The notes under the pieces are model-generated. The model saw nothing but the letters and a program-made list of their open reading frames with translations. It did no database searches and was not told where the DNA came from. From Balanoglossus misakiensis (Eukaryota; Animalia; Hemichordata), in contig CM082577.2 in NCBI GenBank assembly GCA_040954595.2, positions 11,999,654 through 12,063,653 of the forward strand: a stretch of 64,000 nucleotides of DNA, given 5' to 3'. Numbering within the stretch: the first letter of the stretch is position 1; each line of letters opens with the position of its first letter. Below are positions 12,734 through 25,300 of this stretch, one piece after another. Position numbers and translations under genes: made by a program.

Positions 12734-13603
12734 CTACAGTGCAATTTCTTTGACTTGAAAAATTTGTCCATTACTTTCGTTCACTTTGTAGATTTTCTTG
12801 ACTCCCTGCTCGTCAGTGCATATTAACTTGTCATACCTTACTTGTGACTTCAGTGACGGGTTGTCCTCCAGCAGCGACTTGCGGAACTGTAGTAACTTTG
12901 CTCGTATAGAACGTATGCGCTTCGAAAAGTCTTCGCCGATACTAACGTTTGTACCTTTGAGTTTGTTAGCAGCTGAAAAGACTGTGGACTTGTCTTTGTA
13001 TCTTGCAAGCTTGGCCATGATCGGGTGGGATCCTCGCACTTTTGGCGCGTTTGTTACTCGGTGTACCCTCTCAAATTCAATTTCCTTCGAAATGCCGAGG
13101 TTGTCCTTCAGCACAGACTGGACTTTTTCCTCTGAAGTGCTCCAGCTCTCAACCGGGTCGTCTTGGGGTATACCATAGAAAAGAAGATTGCTTTGTCTGC
13201 TTCTGTTATCCATATCGTCGTTTGCCCGTCTAAGATTGCAGTTTTCTTTTTTCAGTTGGTCTAATGACGATTTAATTTCTTGCAACGTACCTGCGTTGTC
13301 ATTCGATTCCAAGGCTGATAGTTTCGTTGAATTACTTTGAATGGTATCTCGTAGCTCCACCATGTCGTCCTCAATGTTGTCCATTCTGATTTGTAGGGAG
13401 TCCAATTTTCCGTGGACGTACTCCGACTCCGAAAGTAATTTATCGAGTTTTTCATTAATGCCAGCAATGTCATCCTTCGTAGCAGCGCGTTGTGGTCCCG
13501 GGTTGCTTTCCACATCACCAGCCAACACTAAAAGACTTATGAGGCATAATTTGATTGACAGCGGCAGCTGGCAGTTTAGCAATGGTATGGTGAGTGCGGC
13601 CAT
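12734..13603 (-). CDS. LINE ORF1: N-terminal 2A-like peptide, coiled coil, L1-ORF1-type RRM/CTD
   Basis: LLVLAGDVESNPGP; heptad-rich middle; DNRSRQSNLLFYGIP, IEFERVHRV and KLKGTNVSIGEDFS motifs typical of L1-like ORF1. Confidence 0.9.
   Translation of the reverse strand: MAALTIPLLNCQLPLSIKLCLISLLVLAGDVESNPGPQRAATKDDIAGINEKLDKLLSESEYVHGKLDSLQIRMDNIEDDMVELRDTIQSNSTKLSALESNDNAGTLQEIKSSLDQLKKENCNLRRANDDMDNRSRQSNLLFYGIPQDDPVESWSTSEEKVQSVLKDNLGISKEIEFERVHRVTNAPKVRGSHPIMAKLARYKDKSTVFSAANKLKGTNVSIGEDFSKRIRSIRAKLLQFRKSLLEDNPSLKSQVRYDKLICTDEQGVKKIYKVNESNGQIFQVKEIAL
13493..13546 (-). other. 2A/StopGo ribosome-skipping motif
   Basis: Exact D(V/I)ExNPG-P consensus (GDVESNPGP) preceded by a hydrophobic helix. 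Confidence 0.85.
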
Positions 13604-13657
13604 CTTGGGTGCCTTTCCATTCCGTGTTGGATTCCCACCACCAAAAGACCCAATTTT

Positions 13658-13956
13658 AGTTGTGTGTGGTCGAACGTTGATTCACTATATATCCACATGT
13701 AGAATAACATAACAGTGTCTTGTATCAAACATAATCAATGGGAAAAGGGCAGCGAGAGAGACTTTGTCCCTTTAAGCTAATTTTATAAATCATAACCCAC
13801 TTCCGCACTACATGAGGAGACGGAAAAATAGCGTAACCACACGATGTTATGCTCGCCACGCGATCACAAACAAATTGTCATCCCGCTTGGATTAGAAACC
13901 GCCATGTACAAACAATGTATATTTACTCACAGCTTATAAGCGTGTCGTAATATTTT
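13658..13956. repeat. Right copy of the 299-bp target-site duplication
   Basis: Identical by eye to 8768-9066. Confidence 0.9.
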
Positions 13957-14899
13957 CACGAATTCCAATTCAATTTACATTTATTCTTTATTATATTCTA
14001 TTATCTAATCACAGGACAGTTAAATATTGAGAAGACAGGCGTCCTTAAAAATAACGTCCATATAGTCTGCTGCGCTCGCGTGTTATTTCATTCTCATAGA
14101 AACGCGAATATGTAGACGACAGATGTCAATGAAAATACGTGAAGATGAATTACTTTTTATTCCTTAGTATACATAGAAGTATAGGCCTCAGTAGAGAGTT
14201 CAACAAATTGCCGTGCGTTCTAAGCGCTATAATCATAACTGACTCTTTGACGTGTAACTTCACAGAAATAAGCATATTTCGTGGAATAGAACTGTCGTCG
14301 CAGCTTTCATTTTCTCTTCTTCAGTCTTCTAAGAATTCGTCCTTGACCTGAACGAAGTCAAAGGGTATAATTGAGCGTGCTGGTTTTATGTTTGAGCAAC
14401 GGCGGATTTTTGCGACAACCTGCAAGCTGCGGAATTTGGTGTAAAATACAGCTGTGGTGTGTACCGAGCCCTTTTCGTTTACAACCCGGGTGCGTAAAAA
14501 TGAAGACATGCGCAGAACAAACTAAACTGATTGCGTTTGACCTCAATCCCCCGCTTGTCTCCACTGACAAGTCATGAACTGTCGGCACCATTCCACGAAA
14601 ATGTGAAACACCTCGACATGGAATAAAATAAGAGAAAGTGAAAGAGACTGCTGTTTTAAACTTCGTGATAGGTATTATGCCGCAAAGACCCGAACCTGTG
14701 GGCGACAGCTTTGCCATAACTGTACATTTTGGCATAGAACTCTTGAAAATTTTGCTTGCGTACAGGTTTAAAAATTCACTGCGACTTTGTATTTGCGGAG
14801 ACTGAATTTTCTTTTGTTGTGTGCGTGCCTTGAATATCAAACAACGGCCCTTTTATTAGGTACATGTACATGTATACAGTTCGGGTCGTGTGTTGCTTA

Positions 14900-15810
14900 C
14901 CCATTGGTCGTAAATAACATGAGTTGAAACGTACGCCTTCAATACTATTGCCTATATATTATGATATATGGCCACGCAGCTGCCGCGGGTTCTGTGTTCA
15001 CAGAGCATGTCTCGCACAACATGGACGCGTCTTTCGAGGAAATCGCGGTGGTGCAAGACGGAGTTCATACGCGTTACCGTGGACCTACATTTTTGTACCA
15101 CATTTATAAGGCCATGCTCTCGAACACAACAACATGATAATAATGATCATGACAGTTACCAGATCGAAGTATGAAATCATTACTCACCTTCAATTTGCCT
15201 TGACGCGTTATTGTGTGTGTGCGGTCAGGCGAAATCACCTGGCGGCTCAAGAATTTTCACGGCGCTGTGTGGGCCGCAAAGGAGGACGGGAATGCAACGG
15301 TTTACACTCTGACACGTTCACCTTTCAATTTCCCATTCAATACAGGGTTGGCATTTCGCCGCAGTAAGCTGACATATTTGTGTCATTGTCTGATTATTTT
15401 GTGTGTGCTATGGCTACGGCCACAAAGAAAGCTACTATCTTGCACTATATATTGTATTGCTTGGTGGTTCTGTTAAAGCTGCAGAGAATCTGCAAGGGCG
15501 CCCTCTTCCAGGCCAGCACCATGGCAACACAGTTGCCCCATCAGCCCTTTGAGGCGGAGACAGTCGAGTCAACGCGTGGATGTCGGCCGGAGGAGATCGC
15601 GGATTTCAGACTCCGAAGGCAGGCCTAGCTAAGAAATATCAGCAAAGCGGCGAATCTATACCGTCTAGATGGAAAGAAAGGCTGTCAAGCAGCGAAATCG
15701 AGATAATTTAGCTGCGCAAGGGGTTTGTCAAGCAGCAAAACTGACATTGTCTAGCTGCAATTCCGTGGGATTTCAAAATGGCGATCAGGAGTACGAACAC
15801 TCGCTAACTG
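14900..15810. promoter_or_regulatory. CpG-enriched stretch, candidate divergent promoter/first-exon region between STRA6-like (-) and NB-ARC gene A (+)
   Basis: Raised GC/CpG; minus-strand donor-like sites near 14896-14900 and 15182-15187; plus-strand donor GTAAGT at 15810. Confidence 0.3.
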
Positions 15811-16095
15811 TAAGTTTTTCCTGATATTTATGTGTTTAAAAGCAAAATTTCGGAATAAAAGGTAGCGCGTTCCTGGGACTAATGGATTTAAAAATAGTTG
15901 TGCCAAACGATTTTGTTAAACTCTCAAAACTTTTGAAGAAGATAGAAAAAAAAAACTCGGAGCACTGACACGTCTATAGCTGTGCATGGCTGCAGCGCCC
16001 TTGTATCTTACGCCCGACGATGCCCCAAGGCATCACCGTAAGATACACAGCCCTGTATCGGTCTTTCCCTACATTTACTTGTTTGAAAGCAACAT

Positions 16096-16663
16096 TTAAG
16101 CAATAACCCCCGCCGCAGGCGGGTATACACGAGATTTGGGTACAATTCGAGACATATAGCACGAGCCGTCAGGCGAGTGCTATATGGAGCGAATTGTACC
16201 CAAACCGAGTGTATACCCGACTGAGGCGGGGGTTATTGCTATTATATTATATCAACAACTATTTTTGTGGCATATCAGTGTCATTTTCTTACCGAAACGG
16301 TGTCAGAAAGAGAAATTACGATCATGAACCAACATGGCGACGACGAATGTAAACACGAGCGGCCGGGATCGAGCATTAAACATGAAGCAGACGACAAAAA
16401 GTGACAAGACGGGCATCGCGCGTGGCAAAGCGACAAATATATCCACAGAGGAGTTCCAAAATAAAACGTCCGTTAATTAAACATTATTTTTGTTTTATTT
16501 ATTAGGTTTAAACACGCGCGACTGTGGTTTAACCGCACATTTTGCTGCCGTATGCTAGTTCAGGGGCCCGTTTTACCACTGCCAGCCATGGTAAAACAGT
16601 ATTTTACCATGGCTGGATTCAGCTCTCGTCCAATCAGAATCGCGGATGGTAGCATGATATAAT
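16096..16663 (-). mobile_element. Hairpin-ended non-autonomous element (Crypton-like)
   Basis: ~145-bp terminal hairpin starting TTAAGCAATAA at one end and CCAATCAG..ATATAAT at the other; no TIR or TSD. Confidence 0.55.
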
Positions 16664-18991
16664 ATAATTTGGAATAACATGTAGCGCGTTCAATATATAT
16701 CTGCCACTGAATCATGTTTGATCAATGCAATACTTCAGTCTCCTCCTTAGCCTATGACACCATTTTGAGTTTGTGGAGAATCTAGAGTGTACACGACGAT
16801 GATTGTGTAGTCTTGCATTAATGTTAGGATGAATATCCGTGTTATTATTTAACTTGTTCATTAATTTAATGTACAGCCCCAGCCAAATGATGATAATACG
16901 TTTGCGTGTACTGTTAGTAAGCTCATTTAGATGGAATAATCTAAGACGGAAAGCAAAATCATGACAATGATAACACAGTGGCTACTACTGGGGCTTTAGC
17001 AGTGTCAGTGTTTGATCGAATGGGCCAAATAGCCAGAAATACAACCTTATACCTCGTACTGAACTGTCTCTATGACGGTTTTTGTGCGCCATATATCCGT
17101 GCATTCATGATGTACAAACTTTAACACGTGGTGTGTACATAACTCAATGTGCACATATTATTTGGTGTGGACAGTTATCAACGGTATTTTTTCAAATGTA
17201 GTCATTATTTTAAAAAAATACACACATGGTACATTAGATGTCAAAATGTGAAAATGATCAAACCGGAGAGCTTAAAAAGAGTTTTGTCGGTGCCTTAGGT
17301 ATACTTCATGTAAGTCTCCTCACTATGAATTCATTGTTAAATCCTGTTCTATTTTGAGAAATGCTTAGTAAGTTTCCTTAATTTGGGTAAAACAACTTGG
17401 CAATATTTTATTTTATGGGACAATTTTAGTCATGAAATTTCTCAGAAACCACTGGTGTGTTAGCTTTCAAGTTGCTATGCAGAATGTAAGGGATATTCTA
17501 ATCATGATATGTAAAAAATATGGAGAAAATATCAGTGTCGGATTGCGCAAAGTTTGCCATTTTTGTTTTTTTTTTGGACACCACTTACCGGTACAAATTT
17601 TGTGTACAGAGCATGGGGGATTTTTATTGTGATGTGTAAACATGATGGTGAAAATATCAGCATTTTATATTTGGGGTATTTGTGTGATTTTTGGTGAGGA
17701 CTTGACGCTTGGTTTGAAACGGAAATGCAAGTTTTGGTGTGTTTGTCTTGAGAATAGGCCATTTTCATGACCCCTACTTGACCTTACACCCTCGTACTCC
17801 CGTTGATATGAGTCCATCCCGTTGACTAAAACCGCGTCATAAACTCTTTATTGCAGCTGTAGTCGATTAATTAGGTACTTATTTACAAAAAATGGCTCAT
17901 TTTCTAGCAACATTTTACACTTTTCTTGTCCCAAAATGTAGAATTGTGAAAACCACATACCATCGGAAGTACAAGGATGCAGGATTGTTCTCTACTTATA
18001 TAAAGTGACCTTATAACAAAAGTACGTAATTTTTAGTGTACAAGAAAAATAATTTATTGTCATTTTCCTGAGTAAAGCCTTGGGAGAGAAATGCTGCATG
18101 TAGTCGTGATTATACATTAACGTTTCTAGACAACCTCTGGAGGTGACCCCTGAGGTGGGCGGGTTGACCTCGATCACCTCTGTAGCAGAGACCTTTCACT
18201 CTGGCGGAGAAAACAGGAACTATTCGCGTGCCACACCTTATCAACTCTGATCGTCGTTTTATGAATGGACCATGCACGATGGGGTTTGTGCGCTGATAAA
18301 TGTAACATAGTAGGAACCTATTCGCTACTGATATACCCTGGATCTGACGTAATTGCCGGCAGGTATGTTGAATTACAGTCGCCGTTTTGTTTCGGTCGTT
18401 CAGAAAGCCTGTCTCTGAAAAGCTATGTCGTCATTCATTCTGTTTAGTCTCTGGTCCGATATTTCCACCGTGTTTTGAAACAGTGGCCTTCAGGGGCTGT
18501 GGTTAATACTAGTAAGTAGAAAACCATGCGCATGGTAAACGAAATATCTTTGGTTTGGTAAAATGTAAGAGCTTATGGCGAGACACATTGTGAGTGGGCA
18601 AACGCGAAAACACGTAGGCAAGACACCTCATTTTGGGTTTGGGTTTGGAACAAATAATGTGGGTGTTTTTTTGGGGGGTGGGGGGGGGGGTGGGGTGCCA
18701 GTATGTCAACTTTCAACAGCATTGCTTGTTAGTATCATGATTTTGAACTTCCAAAGCGCATTTAGATGGAGGGGTTTGAGGTCAAATGTTGCGTTGTCCT
18801 GTGTGTTCTTTAATTATCCACGGCCCCTAAGTTTCTGTAAAGTGTCTGCGTTTTACAGCGTTCCTTGTTTACGCAAATTCCTAAAGATAGTCTGGGCATG
18901 ACATCATTCGAGGTGCCTGGTGACATAAATTTATTACAGTAGTAGAACCATAGACTCCAGGGCCTACATGTATGGTAGAACTTTAGACTTT

Positions 18992-19652
18992 ATTATTACA
19001 CCTCACGTATTATACCGTTTTCGTGATTGGCTGAGACGCGCTCACGTGATATAGAAAAAAAAGTGATATAACATGGCTAGAGTTGATAAAGCCCTGTCGC
19101 GTGCGCTGATATTGCCCGCTGGGTTGTTTTGGTGTTCTGCGCGCGACTTCTGCGCGTAACAAACTGTCGTTCAATGGTTTCCTTCACGATCAGTCAACTC
19201 CCGCATCTATATGGCTTCAAAGCGACACACAGGCTTAACACCTGTTCAACTGGATGATATTTTACTGCAAACGGGCAGTAAATACACCAAAATCGCAACC
19301 AACAGCGCAGTATTTTCAAAATAATCTAAGTTCGAAGTAGGTATCGTATAATTCTTGGGAGATCGAGACATTTTACATTCTCAGCAACGTACGACATATG
19401 GACGCGAGTCTACATGCTACATGCTGCAGTGTATGTACGTTCAAATGTTCGGCGTAATAAAATTAATAACACATTATGCTCGGGCAACATCACGATTTGA
19501 AGCCTGCCCTCGGGCTGGTGATCTCTGACCACAATATTGATGATACCCTCGCCTGCGGCTCGGGCATCATCAATATTATGGTCAGAGATCACCATCCCTC
19601 GTGCAGGCTTCTAATCGTGATATTGCCCTCGCTATCATGTGTTATTATTTAA
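18992..19652 (+). mobile_element. Hairpin-ended non-autonomous element (Crypton-like)
   Basis: 5' end TTATTACACC..GATTGG; 3' ~185-bp hairpin; internal remnant LDDILLQTGSKYTKIATNSAV weakly recalls Crypton N-termini. Confidence 0.55.
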
Positions 19653-19796
19653 TTCAACCATGACAGCATCAACTAGACTAGAGGCATGATTTTCCATTCG
19701 CTGTAAAGAATGAGATCATGGGCTGCGATTCTATGCGGCCATTAGCGTCTGACATCTGTTGAGTACCAATGAAAGATTTTCATTTCAAAGAGACGC

Positions 19797-19973
19797 CTGT
19801 ATCACCCCAATATGTAATAATTAACCTAATATGTAATACTAACCCAATATATAGTTATTACATATTGGGTTAGTATTACATATTGGGTTAGTATTACATA
19901 TTGGGTTAAGGTGTTATTAAATATTGGGTTAGTATTACATATTGGGTTAATTATTACATATTGGGGTGATATA
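19797..19973. mobile_element. Fold-back element built from a 19-bp minisatellite
   Basis: Termini CTGTATCACCCC / GGGGTGATATAG; internal (TATTACATATTGGGTTAG) units in inverted arrays. Confidence 0.6.
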
Positions 19974-22348
19974 GACGCCCTAGATTACTTAAGCTGAATA
20001 TATGACGCTGCCAGATCATTTTACACGAACGTAAACGTGAAATGATTATCGAGAATAATGTTTAACGAGGACGTCAACAGAACTACGCGTGTGCAATTTT
20101 TATATGAACGCAAATCTTCCACTATCAAACCGGATGTAAAAATGAAAGCTTCAGGGTATACGCTTTGAACGTTTCTTCTGACACATAGTCCTCTACTTCA
20201 TTTCATCAAACAGTCGATGAGGACCGTCTGGAAAATACACACGTGCAAGTTGCTAGTCGAGTGCAAAGGTCATGTAAGGGTTCCATACAGGTCATGTTCG
20301 TTCACCGATAGGTAATGTATAGGACCAGCACATGTAGTTACAGTATAAAGGAATCTCAAACTCAGGGTTTCATGGTCGGTATCCAACTGCAAGTTTAACA
20401 GCTTGTTTACCCTAAACTTGTTTGCATATGGAAAACTCTCAAAAAGTGTGCTACACATATAAACGTCTTCAATGCAGATTCATCGTCTTGCAAGGACGAG
20501 ATTTTGAGCAAGAACTGTCAAATTTCAAAAGAATTAAAATATGTGTTCAGCCAGTGCAATTAGACGATAAAGTCCAGATCTCCAGTAAGACTACAGGCTC
20601 ACTGTCGTAATATTAATGAATGATTGAACGACCGGTGGCGTCATGCGACAACTGACCTTTCTGTGCCCTGTGTGTTGGTAGGTACTTAGAGAAAAGTCAC
20701 TCATTTGAAATGCACCGGAGTCCAGGGCAGCGTTGCCATGTATTTTGTGAGTTTACACCCAGGAGTGTTGGGCTACTGCTTGGTTTGTTACCAGTAATCC
20801 TTCAAGCGAACAGGAAAGAGGTTCGTAGATAATTACTCTTCATTTCGAAAACAAGTTCACGTATAGAAGCAGCGGACGTGGTTCTTTCTATCTTGACAAA
20901 ATGTCGACATACACCCCGTGTGTTTTAGATAGAGTCACACGCATCCAGAGCTTACACGATGCATAGGCTAAAAGGTTCCGAGTCACTCTGAGATCATGCA
21001 ATCGTGATATCGGCCATTGCGACAAAGAGTTAGTGAAACAACGCACTGAACTTGGGTTTCTCGGTAAAACCGTGTGCAGTCATAAATATTCTAATGAGCT
21101 AGGATAACATGTGGTCATTGTATTCAAATTTGAAATCATTGATAATAAAATCACGAACTTTGAGAGAAGTATCATACATGAATTATGGTGAGTCGTATTT
21201 GTTTTAGTGTTGGGTGTGGTCGGACAGATTTTCTGGGCTCATTGGCTGATCACACATAGGGCAAAGGTCACCGTGAATAGTAGGCAACTGAGGTATGTCA
21301 GCCATCTTTGAAGATGGCCGCTCATGCATTCATCCAGTTTACGTGAAACCTTGCGTCGGTAGGCAGGGCTGCTGTTACGTCAGTACCAGCATGGAACTCC
21401 ACATCGTCGGCATGTTCGTAGGGAGAAATTTTACACGTATATATATATAGTTGCCTATATTTATGACTTAATGATATGCAAGCAAGTTTGTGAAAAGATA
21501 CGTAGGTCAACGCTCCAGGCGCGAAAAAGAAAGTTGATGGCCAACTCCCCAATGCGCGCATATGTTTATTTTTACCATCCCATTATATTTTTACATGCTG
21601 CTGGAAAGATTTAGTGCACAAAGTTAATAAATTATAAACTTGAAACGTATTCAATTCTGTGCTCCATTAAAGTACCCGAGGAGTCTTTTTGAAATAAAAG
21701 AAGAAAACGTGGTTTACAACCACTCGTTTTCATAAAAAAATCAAAACTTTACTTTTTCTCCATAGACCTAACACAGAGATTGGCGGCCATTTTGCGTTTA
21801 AATTTGCACGGTGACCTCCGATTTTTATTATTAAGAAACCATCACTTTGGACGTTTTTTTCCCCGCGTGAGTCAGTGTCCCATCATAATTCTTCTAGGTT
21901 ATAGTGATGAATGCCCGTGTGTGACACTGGGGATTATCATGCTGATAATGTTTTTCATGAATTACGTTAATTATGTTAAACTTTAATGAATAGACACAAT
22001 CTATTTTTGCGGACTGACAAGAAATTGAATTAATCTTGTATACAGGTTTCAAAAGTCATCTAGGGTTGAGTCACCCGATCATTCAGGGCAAGGTTCACTA
22101 TGTATATACGATAATATAAGCCTGGTTATCGCCACGCATCACCTCATGGTTGTGAGGCAACTCTCTACCACGCGAGCGGCAAATATGGTCCAGCCAATAG
22201 GTGATATCGGGCGATAACAAATGAATAATATGATCACACCAAAGATTTCACAAAAAATCAAGAACATTTCAATTTTAACGAACTATTTGTTTCTGCCTAG
22301 CGCATTAATATTTCATTTACATTGTAAACTGGCATTCATTTTTCGTAG

Positions 22349-25300
22349 TCGGAAAAACTGAACCTTTTTGGAGAGAAGAAAGACGTGCGTGCTGACGTCA
22401 CAAAGAAAGCTGTCACTGACTGGTTGACCGAGAAGTCGAACTGGCTGCTGGTATTGGACAATGCTGACCTTTCCAAGCACGTATTTGATTATTTCCCCAA
22501 TTTCCCTAAAGGAGGTCACATCATCATCACGTCACGTGATACTTCATATGCAGGGTCGACGCTATACCCGGGAGTGCGGAAACCATATAACATAAGGCCT
22601 CTCAAGGCAGAGGATGCAATGCTGTTGTTGGTCAGTTGTTTCTACAACAAGTTAGACAGGAAGCCTATGGACATCACAGCTGCCCGTGATAAGATCAAGG
22701 AGATGGAAGAAAGTGATGAAGCCAACTTTGAAGCACTGCGATGGCTTGCTGGGCCAGATGGCCTTGATGGTTTACCACTTGCACTGTTTGCAGCTGTGAA
22801 GTACATAAATGAGAACAATTCGTCCTTTGTTGAATACAAGCGACTGTCACAGTCCTGTGTCGATGACGAACTGTTTCCTTCGGGCGAAGACGATCCTCTA
22901 GGGGCCTGGTTAAGGAGCTGTTCCTTGGAAAAGTACCATTCGAAGCTGTATAAGAAGACACAGAATTCTCTCACGGCGTTCTTGGAGCTTACTGAAGACG
23001 ATCTGAAATCACCAGAAATAGACATGACAGAAAAAGATGTGAAGACGTTTATGGAGTTTATCAGAGCAGAGGAATCTGACCTAAATATCAACAAATGGAT
23101 GTATAAACGAAAAAGGGTCCTGGCCACTTGGAACCTTACAGTCCGACATCTGACGGTCACACAGCAAGGCAGAGCCGCCCTGGAACTCCTTCAGATGTGC
23201 GTGTTTCTGGAACCCACTGTTTCAGAACAACTGATCGTTAAAGGGGTGGAAGGCATCACCTCGGAAAATCTTAAATCTACCTTCCAGGATGTCGAGCGTT
23301 GCAGGGAGAAAGATCGACTTGATCGTATTCAGCTAAAACTCAACGGTGTTCTGAGGGGACTGCGAAGGCACAGTCTGGTGGACAGCAATGAAGCAAACTT
23401 CGGTCAAACAGAGAGTAGCTGCTGGACACAGCGCAATTTTAGCATTCACAGAGTTATCAGAAAAGCGGTCAAAGCTGATCTCGCCAAAGGTTACAATGAG
23501 GCCAAGTACTTCGAGGCGCAATCGAGTGCAATATCGCTCTTGATGAAGGTCTTTCCTGCTTACAGCCGATTCACTGGACCCTGCGGGCCCTACCCTGAAG
23601 AAGAAGAGGAAGTCGCTGTTCACACGAAGACCTTAAGTCGCAATCTCATGCATGATCTGCTCAGTAAAGCGAAGGAGAGAATACCAAACCCAGCCCAGCT
23701 TCTGTATGCAGTTGCACTCTATTACAGAATCTTTAAATGGAGACCCTACGAGGCACTTCCATTGTACACGAAGGCTCTCGAGGTAGAAGCAAGTTTCACC
23801 ACAAAAGACAAGCTTGAAACTCGAGAATCCAAACTTGGTTATGGTGAGTATACGAGCAAGTCAAATCAAAGAAACAGTATACTGTAACTATTATACGTGT
23901 AAGTTAAACCGAAAGAAATTTTTTTCTGTTGCAAAACACTTCTACATTTAATTGTTGTATATAACTGTGAGAAAGAACTGACCGCAGCATTGTACGTGTG
24001 TTGTTTAACGCAGTTGCTTAGAGGCTAATTAAGTAATATTACTTTTCACCTTTCAGCTCAATTTCAACTTGGTAGAGTACTTATTGAACTTGCAAGAAGG
24101 GAGGAGGAACTTGGAAACTCAAAAGAAGCACGTTATAGAAAAGAGGCGGCACTAAGACATCTTGATAAAGCAGAGCAACACTTTAAGAAGAGCTGCTCAG
24201 AAGATGCATATGAGACCAATGTTGACTTTGCAAAATGTGAGATGCGCTTTTAAACTGTTTAAAATGACAAAGTCTCTCTCTCACAGCCCTTTTCCATTAA
24301 TTATGTTTGATAACCATTTATGTTAATGTACATGTGTATATGTAGTGAATAAATGTTCAACCACACACAACTTCCATCCCACTTGTAGACAGGAGAATGA
24401 TAAGCTCGCCAAAACGAATAATCGGTCTCCACCGTTTATTCTTTTTGGCGAGATTTTTACTCTCATACCCTACAAACGGGATGGAAGTTGTGTGTGGTCG
24501 AACGTTGATTCACTACATATACACATGTACATTAACATAAGAGAGAGACTTTGTCCCTTTAATACAATCTGGTGGTCAATAATTTACATGTAATTGGTAA
24601 GTGTGGTGATAGCATACTACTGCCTTTCTGGTGAAACTGGTTTGATTCCCAATAGCCCTTCTGAGGAATGAGACATACACAGCTCACATAGACATCTGTG
24701 ATACACCATCTGTGAATTTCTAGTCCATTTGCATCGATGACATAGACACGATGTACTGGATCATATTACATGACTTGTATTCTTCGTCAGATTCCGGACA
24801 AACTGTAAATCAGTCTGATTAAACACGTAAACATTGTTAATTTTCCGACAGTGAATTTCATGCATGCCATGGCCCTTGAAGGAGGATACTTGCGAGATTA
24901 CAACAAGCAAAGCCCTGACGATGCCACTGTGAATATGATTGAGCAGAACTTGCAGAAGGCAATAAGTATTGCACAGATGTCTACCGACAATAGGTCAAGA
25001 AAGTGGACCGTTATAGGTATGCCAGTCAATTTCAATCTGTTGTAACTAATTTACAACTTGTTACTAAGGGACCGTTCAGTTTTTACGGCTGGGGGGGGGG
25101 GGTCGGCAAGTTTGTGTCATCGGTTTTCAAATCAGGCCGACCCCCCCTTCACCCAGCACAAAAAAATTATGACCACCCCCCTTTGACAGACCCAAAATTA
25201 TGATGACCCCCCCCCCACGCTGAAAACATTCGCCGTCCTGATCCTATGTACTCTGTATGCAATAAAGGAATGAGGCTCCTCACACCTCAACTATACATTT

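Larger units (their letters stand above)
9067..13657 (-). mobile_element. Young, slightly 5'-truncated APE-RT non-LTR retrotransposon (RTE-X-like; clade assignment tentative)
   Basis: Two intact ORFs; 3' UTR ending AATAAA (9084-9089, minus) then an (ATT)n tail at 9067-9081; flanked by perfect direct repeats. Confidence 0.93.

Noticed and set aside
12798-13712. Antisense and alternate-frame ORFs over LINE ORF1
   Set aside because: Shadow ORFs of the real coding strand with no motifs.
8768-13956. 299-bp direct repeats read as LTRs
   Set aside because: No TG..CA ends, PBS, integrase or protease; the RT is non-LTR type with an (ATT)n tail; the repeat begins inside a host MITE.
22642-23623. Minus-strand ORFs of 88-172 aa over the gene A large exon
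   Set aside because: Antisense shadows, only partly mirrored in paralog B.
24597-24660. tRNA-like A/B box remnants (also near 60013-60090)
   Set aside because: No cloverleaf; at most decayed SINE heads.
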